The translations under genes were made by a program, and so were the position numbers. DNA of 64,000 bases from a virus (Duplodnaviria; Caudoviricetes), in IMG/VR virus record IMGVR_UViG_3300014969_000016, positions 32,001 to 96,000 of that record; one strand, given 5' to 3'. Shown in pieces: positions 25,753-35,268 of the stretch (position 1 is its first letter; each line of letters begins with the position of its first letter). A model generated the notes under the pieces. It saw only the letters and a list, made by a program, of their open reading frames with translations. It made no database searches and was not told the DNA's origin.

Positions 25753-27468
25753 TCAGGGCCGATACTGAGCCTGGGCCGATGGGTACCAGGCCTGCAGCAG
25801 GCTCTCAGTCAGCGTGTCCTCATCGATGGTCACCGGCCGACCGGCGTTCACCGCATCGCATATGGCGCTCTTCTCCTGCAGCACACCGAACAGGTGGCCG
25901 TCGATGGTCGGGGTGCCATCCTCCTGGCAGGCCTGGAGGATGTGCCAGGTGATGGCCTCGCCATCGATGGCCCGCTGCATGCTGATGCTGTCGGTGCGCA
26001 GGATGCGGTCCATGGCCTGTTTGAAGTCTCCCGCCGACCAGGGAAGCTGGGCGAACACCGCATCAGCCGCAGCCGTGAGGGTGACCCCGACCCCGGCCGC
26101 ACCGATCTGTGCCAGGCAGACCATCGTGTCGCTGTCCTGGTTCTGGAAGTCATTGATGGTCGTCATGCGACGGTCGCCCGTGACCTTGCCATTGATGGTG
26201 CAGTAGCGGATGCCCTTGCTACCCAGGGCCACGCCGATGGTTTCCCAGGCTCGCGTGTGGTGGTAGAACACAACGACCTTGCGGCCCTGATCGACCAGTT
26301 GCTGCACGTAGTCCACGGTGGCGTGCGCCTTGGCGTTGCCCGCCTCCTGCCACAGTGCGAACATGCGCTGGGCCGCTTCCATCTTCGCCTTTGCGAAGTA
26401 GGCCTTCGGACCCTCATTGCGCATGACGGTGCCCAGGAAGTCATTGGCCAGTTCGTTGTACCGGCGCAGCATGCCATTCAGGGCGATGGGGACGACGACG
26501 ATACCGCTGTTCGGCAGCAGGTCGCCCAGGTCGCTCTTCTCCCGGCGCACGTACACCGTGCTGCGCAGGTTGGAGTGAAGCTCGGCCGCACGTGTGAAGT
26601 CAGTACCGAACACGGTGAACTTGCGGCCCTTGGCCCACTTCTCCACGGGGGCGCAGTAGCGCCAGAGGAATCCGGATCCCTTGTGCGCACCAGGTGTGAG
26701 GGCCAGCAGCAGGTTCTCGCCACCCAGGTAGCTCAGTGGCACCATCGATTCGACCACGCGGTTGGTGAGCAACGTGCCAGTCATACCGACCAGGGGCGTG
26801 CCCTGGGCGCGCAGCGCCTCACCCAGCGCCATCATGACCTTGGCCCGACCGGTGGTCGCCTTGCCATTGCTGCCCTTGTCACGGTGGATCTCGTCACGCA
26901 CCACAATCTTGGCGGCGCGGATGAAAGCGTTCGCCTCCAGCCGAGTCTTCTCATGGCCATCGCGGTCGGTGTAGGTCACGGTGCGCGTGGTCCACGCCTG
27001 CATGGTCTGAGAGTGGTCGCTGATCCAGTACACGTCAGCGATGGGGAGGCTCGCGAAGTCAGCCTTGATGCCCTTGATGTGGTGAAAGCGCAGGCCGGGG
27101 AAGGCGGCTTTCATGTCACCCATGTATCCGGCCTGGGTGACGGGCGGGGCGAAGACCACGCCGTAGCCACCGTTGGCGATGCGCTCAGCGATCAGGGCCA
27201 GGGCGACGCGAGTCTTGCCCATGCCCATGTCATCACCGATGACGGCGCAGCCGAACGATGCGAGGGCGTGATTGGCCGCGACGCGTGCAGCGGTCTGATG
27301 CGGCAACTCAGGTGCGAGCAGTCCGGGGGGCGGCGGGGCGATGGCAGTCAGGGCGCTGGACAGATCGAACATGACCGGATCCAGGCCGGTGGCCAGGGCC
27401 GCTGGCGTCGGTGCGACCACGGGAACGGCTTGCGCCGCCTGCGTGATCGATGAGGGAAACAGTGACAT
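25753..27468 (-). CDS. SNF2-like (SF2) DEAD/H helicase
   Basis: GDDMGMGKT, DEIH, MTGT, KVVVF, GVGVTLTAA, QAMDRILR; ATG 27468 with GGAG. Confidence 0.9.
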   Translation of the reverse strand: MSLFPSSITQAAQAVPVVAPTPAALATGLDPVMFDLSSALTAIAPPPPGLLAPELPHQTAARVAANHALASFGCAVIGDDMGMGKTRVALALIAERIANGGYGVVFAPPVTQAGYMGDMKAAFPGLRFHHIKGIKADFASLPIADVYWISDHSQTMQAWTTRTVTYTDRDGHEKTRLEANAFIRAAKIVVRDEIHRDKGSNGKATTGRAKVMMALGEALRAQGTPLVGMTGTLLTNRVVESMVPLSYLGGENLLLALTPGAHKGSGFLWRYCAPVEKWAKGRKFTVFGTDFTRAAELHSNLRSTVYVRREKSDLGDLLPNSGIVVVPIALNGMLRRYNELANDFLGTVMRNEGPKAYFAKAKMEAAQRMFALWQEAGNAKAHATVDYVQQLVDQGRKVVVFYHHTRAWETIGVALGSKGIRYCTINGKVTGDRRMTTINDFQNQDSDTMVCLAQIGAAGVGVTLTAAADAVFAQLPWSAGDFKQAMDRILRTDSISMQRAIDGEAITWHILQACQEDGTPTIDGHLFGVLQEKSAICDAVNAGRPVTIDEDTLTESLLQAWYPSAQAQYRP

Positions 27469-27573
27469 GGTGATAGCTCCGGGATACGGGAAGTGGGAAA
27501 GGTCAGTGTACAGCCTGCACCCTGGTATCACAACGTGCTGTGATACCAGGGTACCAGGGTACGAGCGGCAGGC

Positions 27574-28443
27574 TCAGCCCCAGGGCAGGCCGTTCTTCTT
27601 GGCGCACACCGGCCCGTAGCCCACGGCCACCGAACGGTTGTCGCCCTCATCGGTCAACTCCAGGTTGCAGAAGCAGCAGTGGTGCGTGGCCCAGCCCAGG
27701 CCAGCAGCCTCAGCGGCCGTGGCGGGGCGCCCGTTGCGCACCATGGCCATGCCACCCTTGACGTAGTCCCAGGACAGCTTCTCACCGGCAACCGGCGCAG
27801 CGATCAGGCGCATGGCGTACTGGTTGCCCGACGTGCGGCCCGTGCGGATCAGCCAGAAGGATGACCAGTCGCCCTCAGGGCCGACCACGTACAGCCCGTT
27901 GGCCAGGGGCGTGCGAGGCGCACCCTTGGCAGCGACCATGCGGCCTGCAGCCTCACGCTGGCGCTCGGTGAGCGTGCGACCAGCATCAGCCTGGCCCACC
28001 AGGCTCGCAGCGAACTCACGGTTGCGAGGCGACGCAGCCGCATCGTCAGCGATGGCTCGCAGCGCTTCGACCAGGTCGTCCTTCGGCGTGACAGCCTTGG
28101 CGATCAGGTTGCGGGCGGCGAACAGGTTGATCAGCATGGCGTAGGCGACGTTCTCGTCGGCCGTGCCAGCGATGACCTGGCCCAGGACGCTCATGTCCAC
28201 GGTGGCCAGGGGATCGGATGCGAACGTGTGACCAGCGGCCAGCGCATCGATGCTGCGCACCGTGCCAGCGACCTGGGCGGCGATGGTGGGGGCGCACGTG
28301 GGGCAGATCGCGATCCACTTGCCAGAGGCATTGACGGCGGCGTAGCCGTGGCCCACTCGCGTGGCGTCCTTGCAGAAGAGGCACTGGCCATCGCGCTTGG
28401 TGGCGATGACTCGGCTGAATCGGGCGAGGCCTGGAGTGTTCAT
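27574..28443 (-). CDS. DUF6011-like Zn-binding protein
   Basis: C-terminal CCFCNLELTD....SVAVGYGPVCAKK; N-terminal CxxC pairs. Confidence 0.75.
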   Translation of the reverse strand: MNTPGLARFSRVIATKRDGQCLFCKDATRVGHGYAAVNASGKWIAICPTCAPTIAAQVAGTVRSIDALAAGHTFASDPLATVDMSVLGQVIAGTADENVAYAMLINLFAARNLIAKAVTPKDDLVEALRAIADDAAASPRNREFAASLVGQADAGRTLTERQREAAGRMVAAKGAPRTPLANGLYVVGPEGDWSSFWLIRTGRTSGNQYAMRLIAAPVAGEKLSWDYVKGGMAMVRNGRPATAAEAAGLGWATHHCCFCNLELTDEGDNRSVAVGYGPVCAKKNGLPWG

Positions 28444-28652
28444 GGGAGTGATCCGATCTCCGCACGGTGGCGGGGTGAAGTGGTGACAGGGATCATGATA
28501 GGGCGCATACCCTGGTATCACAACACGGCGTTGCTAGAAACTCGGGAATCTTTCAGGGCATCCCTGACGACATAACGCGGAGCAGCCCTGATCCCGTCCC
28601 ACCCGGATGCGGTAGCTCGGTGGCCTCGCGGCCCCGCTCGGAGTGGGCGCCC

Positions 28653-28925
28653 TCAGCAGGCGTCGTAGACCACGCCCGTGCCGTTGCACTCGGAGCAGAT
28701 GTCCACCTCAGCGAGCATCGCCTTGGCGACGGGGCTGGCCAGGCCAGAGCCTGAGGTGAGCGCCCAGCAGGCGGTGCTCACGGCATCGGAGAATCGGCTG
28801 CCGGTGCAGTTCATGATGTAGTGCGCCTCTTGCGAAACGACGGGGCGCAACTCATCGGCAAGACCGGAGTTCACGAAGATCAACTCGGCCCTGGGGTTGC
28901 CCAGCGTGGTGGTGGTGGTGGTCAT
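28653..28925 (-). CDS. Early hypothetical protein (leaderless)
   Basis: 90 aa; -10 box 6 nt before ATG; C-terminal CSECNGTG. Confidence 0.7.
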   Translation of the reverse strand: MTTTTTTLGNPRAELIFVNSGLADELRPVVSQEAHYIMNCTGSRFSDAVSTACWALTSGSGLASPVAKAMLAEVDICSECNGTGVVYDAC

Positions 28926-28989
28926 GGGATCAGTGTACAGGCGATACGTGGGTATCACAACACACTGTTGTGATACCCACGCAGATTTC

Positions 28990-29331
28990 TCAGACCTGCG
29001 TGCAGCCCTCCGCAGCCGCAGCCGCAGCGATCTCGTCACGCAGGCGGCGCATGCGCACCGCACGGGCGTCCTGCTCGGCGCGAGCGATGGGCGTGTTGCG
29101 GAACGCAGCCAGCAGGCCGTCGTTGCCACGGTTGTGGGCCATGATGATGACAGTCTTGTTGGGACCAGTCGTGACATTGATGCTGGCGAACCCGCTGCAC
29201 AGGTTGCCGGTGGCGCTGTTCACAGCATCCACGGTGCGGGCGATGGTGTAGCCCAGCGCGAGCATGTCACCGATCTCGGTGGCTGCCCACGTCTCGGTGG
29301 CGTAGTCGGTGGTGAGGGTGAGGGTGTACAT
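28990..29331 (-). CDS. Early hypothetical protein
   Basis: 113 aa from MYTLTL; own promoter. Confidence 0.7.
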   Translation of the reverse strand: MYTLTLTTDYATETWAATEIGDMLALGYTIARTVDAVNSATGNLCSGFASINVTTGPNKTVIIMAHNRGNDGLLAAFRNTPIARAEQDARAVRMRRLRDEIAAAAAAEGCTQV

Positions 29332-29413
29332 GGTGGTGAGTCCTGTCGGTCGGTGGTGATACCAGTGTATCGGGCGCACCGTGTTGTCACAACACGGTGC
29401 GCCTGATTTCTGA

Positions 29414-29710
29414 TCAGACCAGCGTGGCGCCCTTGCGGGCGGCGAACCGGCCGAACGCTGCGAGCATGCCCTCGCGGCCGATGTCCTTCGACATGCGGGC
29501 GACAGCCTTGTACGTGCTGCGCTTACGGTCGTACGAGCCGCCCGGATGGTTCGGGAACGATGATGCTGCCAGGACGGTGCCGTCGCTGCGCAGCACGTAG
29601 AACGTGCGGACGATGCCGCCGACGCCCTGCAGGCCGTCGTTGTCCTCGGCCGTGTAGTCGCTGGTTGCCTCGGCAAGCTTGACTGCGCCGCGGGCTGAAA
29701 TCTTGGCCAT
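29414..29710 (-). CDS. Early hypothetical protein
   Basis: 98 aa; own promoter; AAGGAG. Confidence 0.75.
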   Translation of the reverse strand: MAKISARGAVKLAEATSDYTAEDNDGLQGVGGIVRTFYVLRSDGTVLAASSFPNHPGGSYDRKRSTYKAVARMSKDIGREGMLAAFGRFAARKGATLV

Positions 29711-29801
29711 GGTGGTGGCTCCTTCGGTAGGTGGTGTGATACCAGTGTACAGGCATACACTGGTATCACAACACGGTGAGCAGGATTTCTTGGTGTCTCG
29801 T

Positions 29802-30056
29802 TCAGATGCTCCCGTCCATGTCGATACGGGCGACGATGGCGTCGGCCCGTGCGTACAGGGCGTCCACGTCGTCTTCGTCCAGGTACAGGCCAGCCTGCTC
29901 GGCAGCGTCGCTCAGCAGGGCGTACACAGCCTCCTGCATGGGCACCCACTCGTTGGCGCTGGCATCGCCAACGCTCAGGCCGTCCTCCAGGAAGGCGGCG
30001 CGGATCTGCTCGTTCGTGATCCGGATGCGGTTGATGGCGTCGTTGCCCACGTTCAT
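29802..30056 (-). CDS. Acidic early hypothetical protein
   Basis: 84 aa, D/E-rich, ATGA coupled. Confidence 0.7.
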   Translation of the reverse strand: MNVGNDAINRIRITNEQIRAAFLEDGLSVGDASANEWVPMQEAVYALLSDAAEQAGLYLDEDDVDALYARADAIVARIDMDGSI

Positions 30057-30220
30057 GACGTGACCTCGACGGTCCAGCCGTCACGGGCGACCATCTCGTC
30101 GTAGTTGCGGAGGATGTACATGGTGGCCCATGCGATGAGCGCCTTGTCGGTGCGCTCCACGGTGGAGTCCATCTCCAGCGGCTCGGAAAGCTGCGGGTGG
30201 CTCAGGCGGTAGGTGATCAT
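30053..30220 (-). CDS. 55-aa early protein
   Basis: MITYRLSHPQLSEPLEMD...; GGAG RBS; not in the ORF track. Confidence 0.65.
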   Translation of the reverse strand: MITYRLSHPQLSEPLEMDSTVERTDKALIAWATMYILRNYDEMVARDGWTVEVTS

Positions 30221-30371
30221 GGTGGTTCTCCCGGTAAGTGGTGGGTGGTGGGTGGCTCCCCGCCCGCAGGCGGGGAGCCGGTGCCCGAGTCTCAGGTCGG
30301 TGCCGCCTCTGTCGTGTGATACCAGTGTATCGAGCGCAGCGTGGTATCACAACACGCTGCGCCCGAATCTT

Positions 30372-30587
30372 TCAGGCGGTCACCCAGGGGGCGACGGCCC
30401 ACACCAGGTCGGTGGTGCGCATGAACAGCCCGTTGGGGTACAGGTCGGTCAGCACGGTGACGGTGCCAGGCGTGTCGTGGAATTCGAAGCCGGTCACCAC
30501 GTGGGGGATGTCGCTGGAATCAACGAACTCCTGGCCCACGCACAGGTGCGCAACCTCGCGGCGGATGTAAGTGGCTTGTGCGGTCAT
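30372..30587 (-). CDS. Early hypothetical protein (leaderless)
   Basis: 71 aa from MTAQAT. Confidence 0.7.
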   Translation of the reverse strand: MTAQATYIRREVAHLCVGQEFVDSSDIPHVVTGFEFHDTPGTVTVLTDLYPNGLFMRTTDLVWAVAPWVTA

Positions 30588-30679
30588 GGTGTCAGTGTAC
30601 AGGGTGGCGAGTGTTGTCACAACACGGTGACCAGGATTTCTCCCGGCCACCGTGTGTCGTGCTCCCTACCACCAGGAGA

Positions 30680-30895
30680 TCAGCCAGCGGTGAACACAGG
30701 CCTGCTGGTGCGCAGTGAGGCCTGGAAGAGCAGGTCGTAGATGGCCGTGCGGGCGGCGAACGCCGACGCACCGCTGCGGCGCAGGTTGCGGTAGTGGAAC
30801 CGCAGGTACCAGGCCGTGTAGTTGTCCACGGTGATGGTGTTGGGCGCGTAGTCAGCGTTGCGCCGGAACTTGATGATTTCGCGGGTGATGGTCAT
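30680..30895 (-). CDS. Early basic hypothetical protein
   Basis: 71 aa from MTITRE; AGGAG. Confidence 0.7.
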   Translation of the reverse strand: MTITREIIKFRRNADYAPNTITVDNYTAWYLRFHYRNLRRSGASAFAARTAIYDLLFQASLRTSRPVFTAG

Positions 30896-30976
30896 GGTTG
30901 GCTCCTGGCCGGTAAGTGGTGGTGGTGTCAGTGTACAGGGTGCGCCGTGTTGTGACAACACGGCGCACCAGGTTTC

Positions 30977-31177
30977 TCAGGCCGTGGCCTGCGCCCCATC
31001 GATGAGGAAGGCCGTCAGGTCTGCGACCTGCGAGGGATCCAGGTCAACGACCTGGCCATCGGTGGTGTAGACCCACACGTGGCCCTCATCGGTGAACACG
31101 GCGCGAAGACTGTCGCCCGTGCCATCGGTGGCATTGAAGTTGGATACGAGTGCGTTCTGGAACATGGTGCTCTCCAT
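30977..31177 (-). CDS. Early hypothetical protein
   Basis: 66 aa; own promoter. Confidence 0.7.
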   Translation of the reverse strand: MESTMFQNALVSNFNATDGTGDSLRAVFTDEGHVWVYTTDGQVVDLDPSQVADLTAFLIDGAQATA

Positions 31178-31240
31178 TCGGTGGTGTGATACCAGGGTAC
31201 AGGATGCACCCTGGTATCACAACACGGTCGGGCTGATTTC

Positions 31241-31561
31241 TCAGCGGGCGTTCACGGCGGCAACCGCCGCAGCGTGGCTGCCAGGGCACTCGCAACCGCC
31301 CATGGCGATCTGCAGGGCCGTGCAGGTGGGCAGGTGCCATTTGAACGACACCATCTGGCGGTCGATCTCCTGGGCGCCGTGCAGCAGGTTGGCTGCGAGC
31401 GTGCGAGCCTGCTCGGCGGTGAGGCGCAGGTCAGCCAGCACGCCGCCGTTGTCACGGTCGGTCACGCCGTCCTTCCACACCCGCACCATGACGGCGGGGC
31501 GCAGCTTGGCGTTCTGAACTTCGATCAGTTCGCCGTGGTCGGTGGCCTGGAGGGTTTGCAT
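31241..31561 (-). CDS. Early hypothetical protein
   Basis: 106 aa; LTAEQARTLAANL; H..TC......CEC. Confidence 0.7.
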   Translation of the reverse strand: MQTLQATDHGELIEVQNAKLRPAVMVRVWKDGVTDRDNGGVLADLRLTAEQARTLAANLLHGAQEIDRQMVSFKWHLPTCTALQIAMGGCECPGSHAAAVAAVNAR

Positions 31562-32205
31562 GTCGGTATCTCCCTGGTTCGGTCGGTGGTGTACCCCAGG
31601 ATACAGGAGTTGCTAGCAACCACAACCTCGATACCCAGGTTTATACCTGTTTTTATCCACAGAGTTGTCCACAGGCTGTGGGCGCAGCCCCGCCCCTGGG
31701 CAGGGGAGCGGAGCGCGACCGGCCACGGCAAGGGAGGCGGATCCCCACGCCGTGACCGGCTACCCCAGGGGCGGCGGAACATCCCCCAGGGCAGTCGCCC
31801 GTAGGCGACGTGGATGAGTCTACACGCGTGGCGCCACCCGGCCCTGGGACACTGGATGCGATGCCCAGGGCCGGGTGACTCCCGCCCGTTGCCGGTGGGT
31901 GAGCGTAACACAACAGCAACGTGGCGAGTCAAGGCGCGAGCGTGCGTACGCGTGTTCGCCACCCGTGTAGGGGTGGGTAGGCGAGAGCGCCAGCGCTCTT
32001 ACCTGGGTATCAGCGTTAGCGGTTGGTCAGTTATCCATGCCCCTAAAGACATGGCCCATGCCTCGTACGTAGTACTGCATGGCGGGTGCATCACACCTGG
32101 TAGATGGGCACGTGTACGCATGTAGTACTGCGTATGAGTCATGAGCCTTGCCTTCTAGGGAGCTTCTAGGGACACGCTTGTCCCGAACTTGGCCCGAATG
32201 ATTCG
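31562..32205. other. Second non-coding region with tandem DnaA boxes
   Basis: TTATCCACA 31653-31661 and TTGTCCACA 31665-31673; palindrome GTTGCTAGCAAC 31609-31620; no credible ORF. Confidence 0.6.
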
Positions 32206-32207
32206 AC

Positions 32208-32465
32208 TCAGGGCGTGCGGATCTCGCCCGTCTCATCGTGTTCCAACCAGTATCCACAGGCGTCTGTTCCAAGGGTCCAGCCGCTGTCGCTGACCAGCAC
32301 TGCATCCGGGCAGCCCTTGATCGTGGTGCCGTGGAGTGTTCCAAGGAAGACCATCCCATCGATGCCGTGGTCAGCAGTCTGCTTGGCAGCGGCCACCGTC
32401 ATCTCTTCTTCCTTGATCACGTAGTCGAACAGGTCGCACTGCTGTTCCAAGCTAGGTGGTGTCAT
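32208..32465 (-). CDS. Hypothetical protein
   Basis: 85 aa from MTPPSLEQQ. Confidence 0.6.
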   Translation of the reverse strand: MTPPSLEQQCDLFDYVIKEEEMTVAAAKQTADHGIDGMVFLGTLHGTTIKGCPDAVLVSDSGWTLGTDACGYWLEHDETGEIRTP

Positions 32466-32892
32466 AGTCCCACCCGTAGTGCTCGGGGTGCTCTTCCTTC
32501 CAAGCAGTGCGGTGAGCATGGCTGCGATGCGGTTCCAAGAGGCGTTCCAACCAGGGCACCTGGGCGCAGAGAGCATGGGCGCAATCGTGACAGATCACGC
32601 ACTCGTAGTCAGCAGGGGGCTGCATCATGCGAGGCTCGTTGTACTCAGGCTCCCAGTTGCGGTTCTCAATGGGGGTGACACCGTTCGGTGATGTCCTGGT
32701 CTTGTACTCACCATCCTCGCCACGCACCCAGCGATCCTCTGTGTTGTTGGGCAGCGTGGCCTGGAGGTTGTCCACGAACATGCCGTAGCCACCGTGGAAG
32801 CAGATCCACAGGCAGTTGTCGAAGGCGTACTCGGTATCAGGCATCGCCGTGTCAGGTGTAAGCGTGGTATCACACGCATAGCACTTAGTCAT
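32452..32892 (-). CDS. Zn-binding hypothetical protein
   Basis: CYAC...FHGGYGMFVD...ICHDCAH. Confidence 0.7.
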   Translation of the reverse strand: MTKCYACDTTLTPDTAMPDTEYAFDNCLWICFHGGYGMFVDNLQATLPNNTEDRWVRGEDGEYKTRTSPNGVTPIENRNWEPEYNEPRMMQPPADYECVICHDCAHALCAQVPWLERLLEPHRSHAHRTAWKEEHPEHYGWDYDTT

Positions 32893-33217
32893 GGAAGCGT
32901 TCCAGCACCTTCTCGACCTCTTCGGGTGTGACTGTTCCAGTGACATCCTCATGGCTGTCAAGCTGCTTGGCCCACAACAGGGTGACTGCGATGGGGCACA
33001 CCAGTTGCAGGCGCACGGCGTCGCCATCTTCGAAGTGGTCGTACAGCGGCTCGGTCAGTTCCAGGTGGCTGTCGCTGTCCAGCAGCACGTCCAGGCAGTC
33101 TTCCCAATGGGCACCACGCCAGTGTGGGTTGGCCGTGGTGAAGTGCTCCAGGGCCAACGCATTCTCGTTGGGCATGTTGTGGCGCACCCAGGCCAGGGCG
33201 TCGATGTATTGAGTCAC
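32885..33217 (-). CDS. Hypothetical protein
   Basis: 110 aa. Confidence 0.65.
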   Translation of the reverse strand: MTQYIDALAWVRHNMPNENALALEHFTTANPHWRGAHWEDCLDVLLDSDSHLELTEPLYDHFEDGDAVRLQLVCPIAVTLLWAKQLDSHEDVTGTVTPEEVEKVLERFHD

Positions 33218-33408
33218 TTGAACATTCCCTTCACGAAGTCCATTGCGAAGTAGCCCACCAGGAAGCTGATGAAGCCACGCTTGATCTTGACGGTGGTTGG
33301 TTCCAGCGTGCCGTTCTGTCGTTCGATCTCACGCTGGATGTGGTTGCGTTGCTGCACCAGGTCGGCGTACTGACGGCGCTGGCGCTGTGTGTCCTCGGTG
33401 CGGCTCAT
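33214..33408 (-). CDS. Small protein with a C-terminal hydrophobic segment
   Basis: 64 aa from MSRTED. Confidence 0.55.
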   Translation of the reverse strand: MSRTEDTQRQRRQYADLVQQRNHIQREIERQNGTLEPTTVKIKRGFISFLVGYFAMDFVKGMFK

Positions 33409-33460
33409 CGCTTCACCCAGCGTTCCCAGCGCTCTTGGAGGAAGTTCAGGATCATGAGTA

Positions 33461-33673
33461 TCACAGTTCCACCACCACTTCGTTACCGACGTATGCCGCG
33501 CCGTGGTAGCAGTCCTCATCGCCGCACCACGGGCCGTTCAGGTGGGTCACCTTGTCCTCGGCACCCTTGCGGGTGTGGTGCAGGCTCACCAGTTCAGGCT
33601 CCCACACGTTCTGCCACACAGGATGCACCACACGGGGCTGCACCTGGGCCAGACGCTCTTGCAGGTCACTCAT
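33461..33673 (-). CDS. Hypothetical protein
   Basis: 70 aa from MSDLQE. Confidence 0.55.
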   Translation of the reverse strand: MSDLQERLAQVQPRVVHPVWQNVWEPELVSLHHTRKGAEDKVTHLNGPWCGDEDCYHGAAYVGNEVVVEL

Positions 33674-33734
33674 CGCTTCACCACCGACACGAATGCCACG
33701 ATGACGATGCCCATGCAGATGAGTCCCAGCGCCA

Positions 33735-34103
33735 TCACCGATCACCCCTGATGTCTTCCTCGTTGGGCACGTACTCGTCCAGGTACAGGATGCCGCCCTG
33801 GGTGAACACTTGGTAGTCGATGCTGCCCAGGTAGGTGGAGTCGTCATCCTCGGCCTGCAGACGGTCGAAGCGTGCGCAAATGGCACCCTCCAGCGTCTGC
33901 CACGCCGTGTAGATGGCGTGGTCGGGGTGGTCAGGCTCGCTGGCCTCCACCGGCACCACAGCGCGCATCGGCGGCGCTGGGCGCACGCCCAGGATGGTGT
34001 TGACGAAGTTGAGGCTCGGCCCGTTCTGCGAAGTGCAGAAGTCCTCCCACGCCTCTTGCTCGTCCTCTCTCGGATCGGTGGGCGGCTCGTCGTTGCGGTA
34101 CAT
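33735..34103 (-). CDS. Acidic hypothetical protein
   Basis: 122 aa; cassette promoter at 34138-34166. Confidence 0.7.
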   Translation of the reverse strand: MYRNDEPPTDPREDEQEAWEDFCTSQNGPSLNFVNTILGVRPAPPMRAVVPVEASEPDHPDHAIYTAWQTLEGAICARFDRLQAEDDDSTYLGSIDYQVFTQGGILYLDEYVPNEEDIRGDR

Positions 34104-34179
34104 GTTGTGTCCTTCGTATCGGGTAAGTGGTGTGGTCAGTATACAAGCGTTACCGTGGTATCACAACACGTCGTTGCCA

Positions 34180-34353
34180 TCACTTGACCTCAAAGTCGTC
34201 GTAGCCGATGCCGACCAGGGTCCGGTACCGATACCGGCCGGGAAGCTCGTCCACGAACTTCTTGCGGTCGTAGATCGACACGAAGAACATGCAGACCAGT
34301 TCCTTGGGGTCACGGCTGGCAACGCCGTGGAGCATGTAGACCTTCTTGGTCAT
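34180..34353 (-). CDS. 57-aa hypothetical protein
   Basis: MTKKVYMLHGVAS...; ATGA coupled; not in the ORF track. Confidence 0.55.
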   Translation of the reverse strand: MTKKVYMLHGVASRDPKELVCMFFVSIYDRKKFVDELPGRYRYRTLVGIGYDDFEVK

Positions 34354-34568
34354 GACGCCACCACCCGGAAGGTCGGATCGAAGTGCTCACCGAAGCTGAG
34401 GTTGCCATCGACATCCTCAATCTCGTACGGCTCACCGTTGATGACGATGATCGCCTCGGTGCCATCGGGCAGGATAAGGATGCGCGCCCAGCCCTCGGTG
34501 GGGAGCGCTTCGTTGCTGCGGATCTTGTAGCTCCCGCGGTGTGTGGTCAGTGCGTAGGTGGTGCTCAT
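34350..34568 (-). CDS. Hypothetical protein
   Basis: 72 aa. Confidence 0.65.
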   Translation of the reverse strand: MSTTYALTTHRGSYKIRSNEALPTEGWARILILPDGTEAIIVINGEPYEIEDVDGNLSFGEHFDPTFRVVAS

Positions 34569-34828
34569 GCCGGTCCCGCCTGCATCTCGGAGCGCTCACG
34601 CATCAGCACTTCGATGGGCTGATCGTTGTCCAGGCTGTCGAACTGCTCTCGCACTTCGATCAGGTCGCTCTCGTCCAGGTCGTAGAGGGCGGCGTAGAAC
34701 TCCGGCTCATACTTCCACGGCTTCTCGACGGCGTAGGCCACGTCCTTGGCCTCGTAGTTGTTGTCAGCCAGCCAGGCGGTGAGTCGGACCATGTTGTCGT
34801 GGTCGTCCCACCAGTAGTCATTGCTCAT
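34565..34828 (-). CDS. Acidic hypothetical protein
   Basis: 87 aa; DVAYAVEKPWKY; promoter at 34867-34895. Confidence 0.7.
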   Translation of the reverse strand: MSNDYWWDDHDNMVRLTAWLADNNYEAKDVAYAVEKPWKYEPEFYAALYDLDESDLIEVREQFDSLDNDQPIEVLMRERSEMQAGPA

Positions 34829-34897
34829 GTTGGTGTTGTCCTTGTCTTGGTAGGTGTTGTGTTATCAGTGTATCGGATGAGTGTTGTGTTACCAACG

Positions 34898-35071
34898 TCA
34901 GTTGGAGTAATCCCTGTCCTTGCCATCGAAGCCATCTTCGAAGCCACGCTTGAACTCAGCGAACGCTTCCTTGCCCTCTCGGGCCACGTCAGCGAACGTG
35001 AAGCGTGGGTCGAAGTCGTCGTGCTCGCGACGGTACTGACCAGTGAAGTAGCCGTCCTCGTAGTGCGTCAT
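34898..35071 (-). CDS. 57-aa hypothetical protein
   Basis: MTHYEDGYFTG...FKRGFEDGF; not in the ORF track. Confidence 0.55.
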   Translation of the reverse strand: MTHYEDGYFTGQYRREHDDFDPRFTFADVAREGKEAFAEFKRGFEDGFDGKDRDYSN

Positions 35072-35268
35072 CGTGGTACCTCGTACGTCCTGACGTACTC
35101 ATGCAGGTGGCCGTCCTTTTCGAAGATGCCTTCGATGGTGACTTCGATCCCTCCGGTGGCCTGGCCTTCGAACTCCACGGTGACGTTGAAGATGTCAGCG
35201 TGCTGCTGGCACTCGTCCACGAAGTTGGCCACGGTGAGCATGGTGTCTCGATCTAGTCCGTACATCAC
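35068..35268 (-). CDS. Hypothetical protein
   Basis: 66 aa, coupled. Confidence 0.6.
   Translation of the reverse strand: MMYGLDRDTMLTVANFVDECQQHADIFNVTVEFEGQATGGIEVTIEGIFEKDGHLHEYVRTYEVPR

Larger units (their letters stand above)
27505..31625 (-). repeat. Array of 10 intergenic promoter/hairpin cassettes
   Basis: -10/-35 spans at 27505-27533, 28495-28523, 28932-28960, 29364-29392, 29744-29771, 30324-30352, 30594-30622, 30930-30958, 31194-31222, 31598-31625. Consensus TTGTGA-N16/17-TACACT. Confidence 0.9.

Noticed and set aside
27505-31625. CRISPR array interpretation of the repeated palindromic elements
   Set aside because: Spacing is 250-1000 bp, intervals hold intact genes, repeats are degenerate and contain -35/-10 boxes, and there are no cas genes
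27505-31625. Integron attC array
   Set aside because: No tyrosine recombinase in the window and no RYYYAAC/GTTRRRY ends; the cassettes carry their own promoters. Kept only as an analogy.
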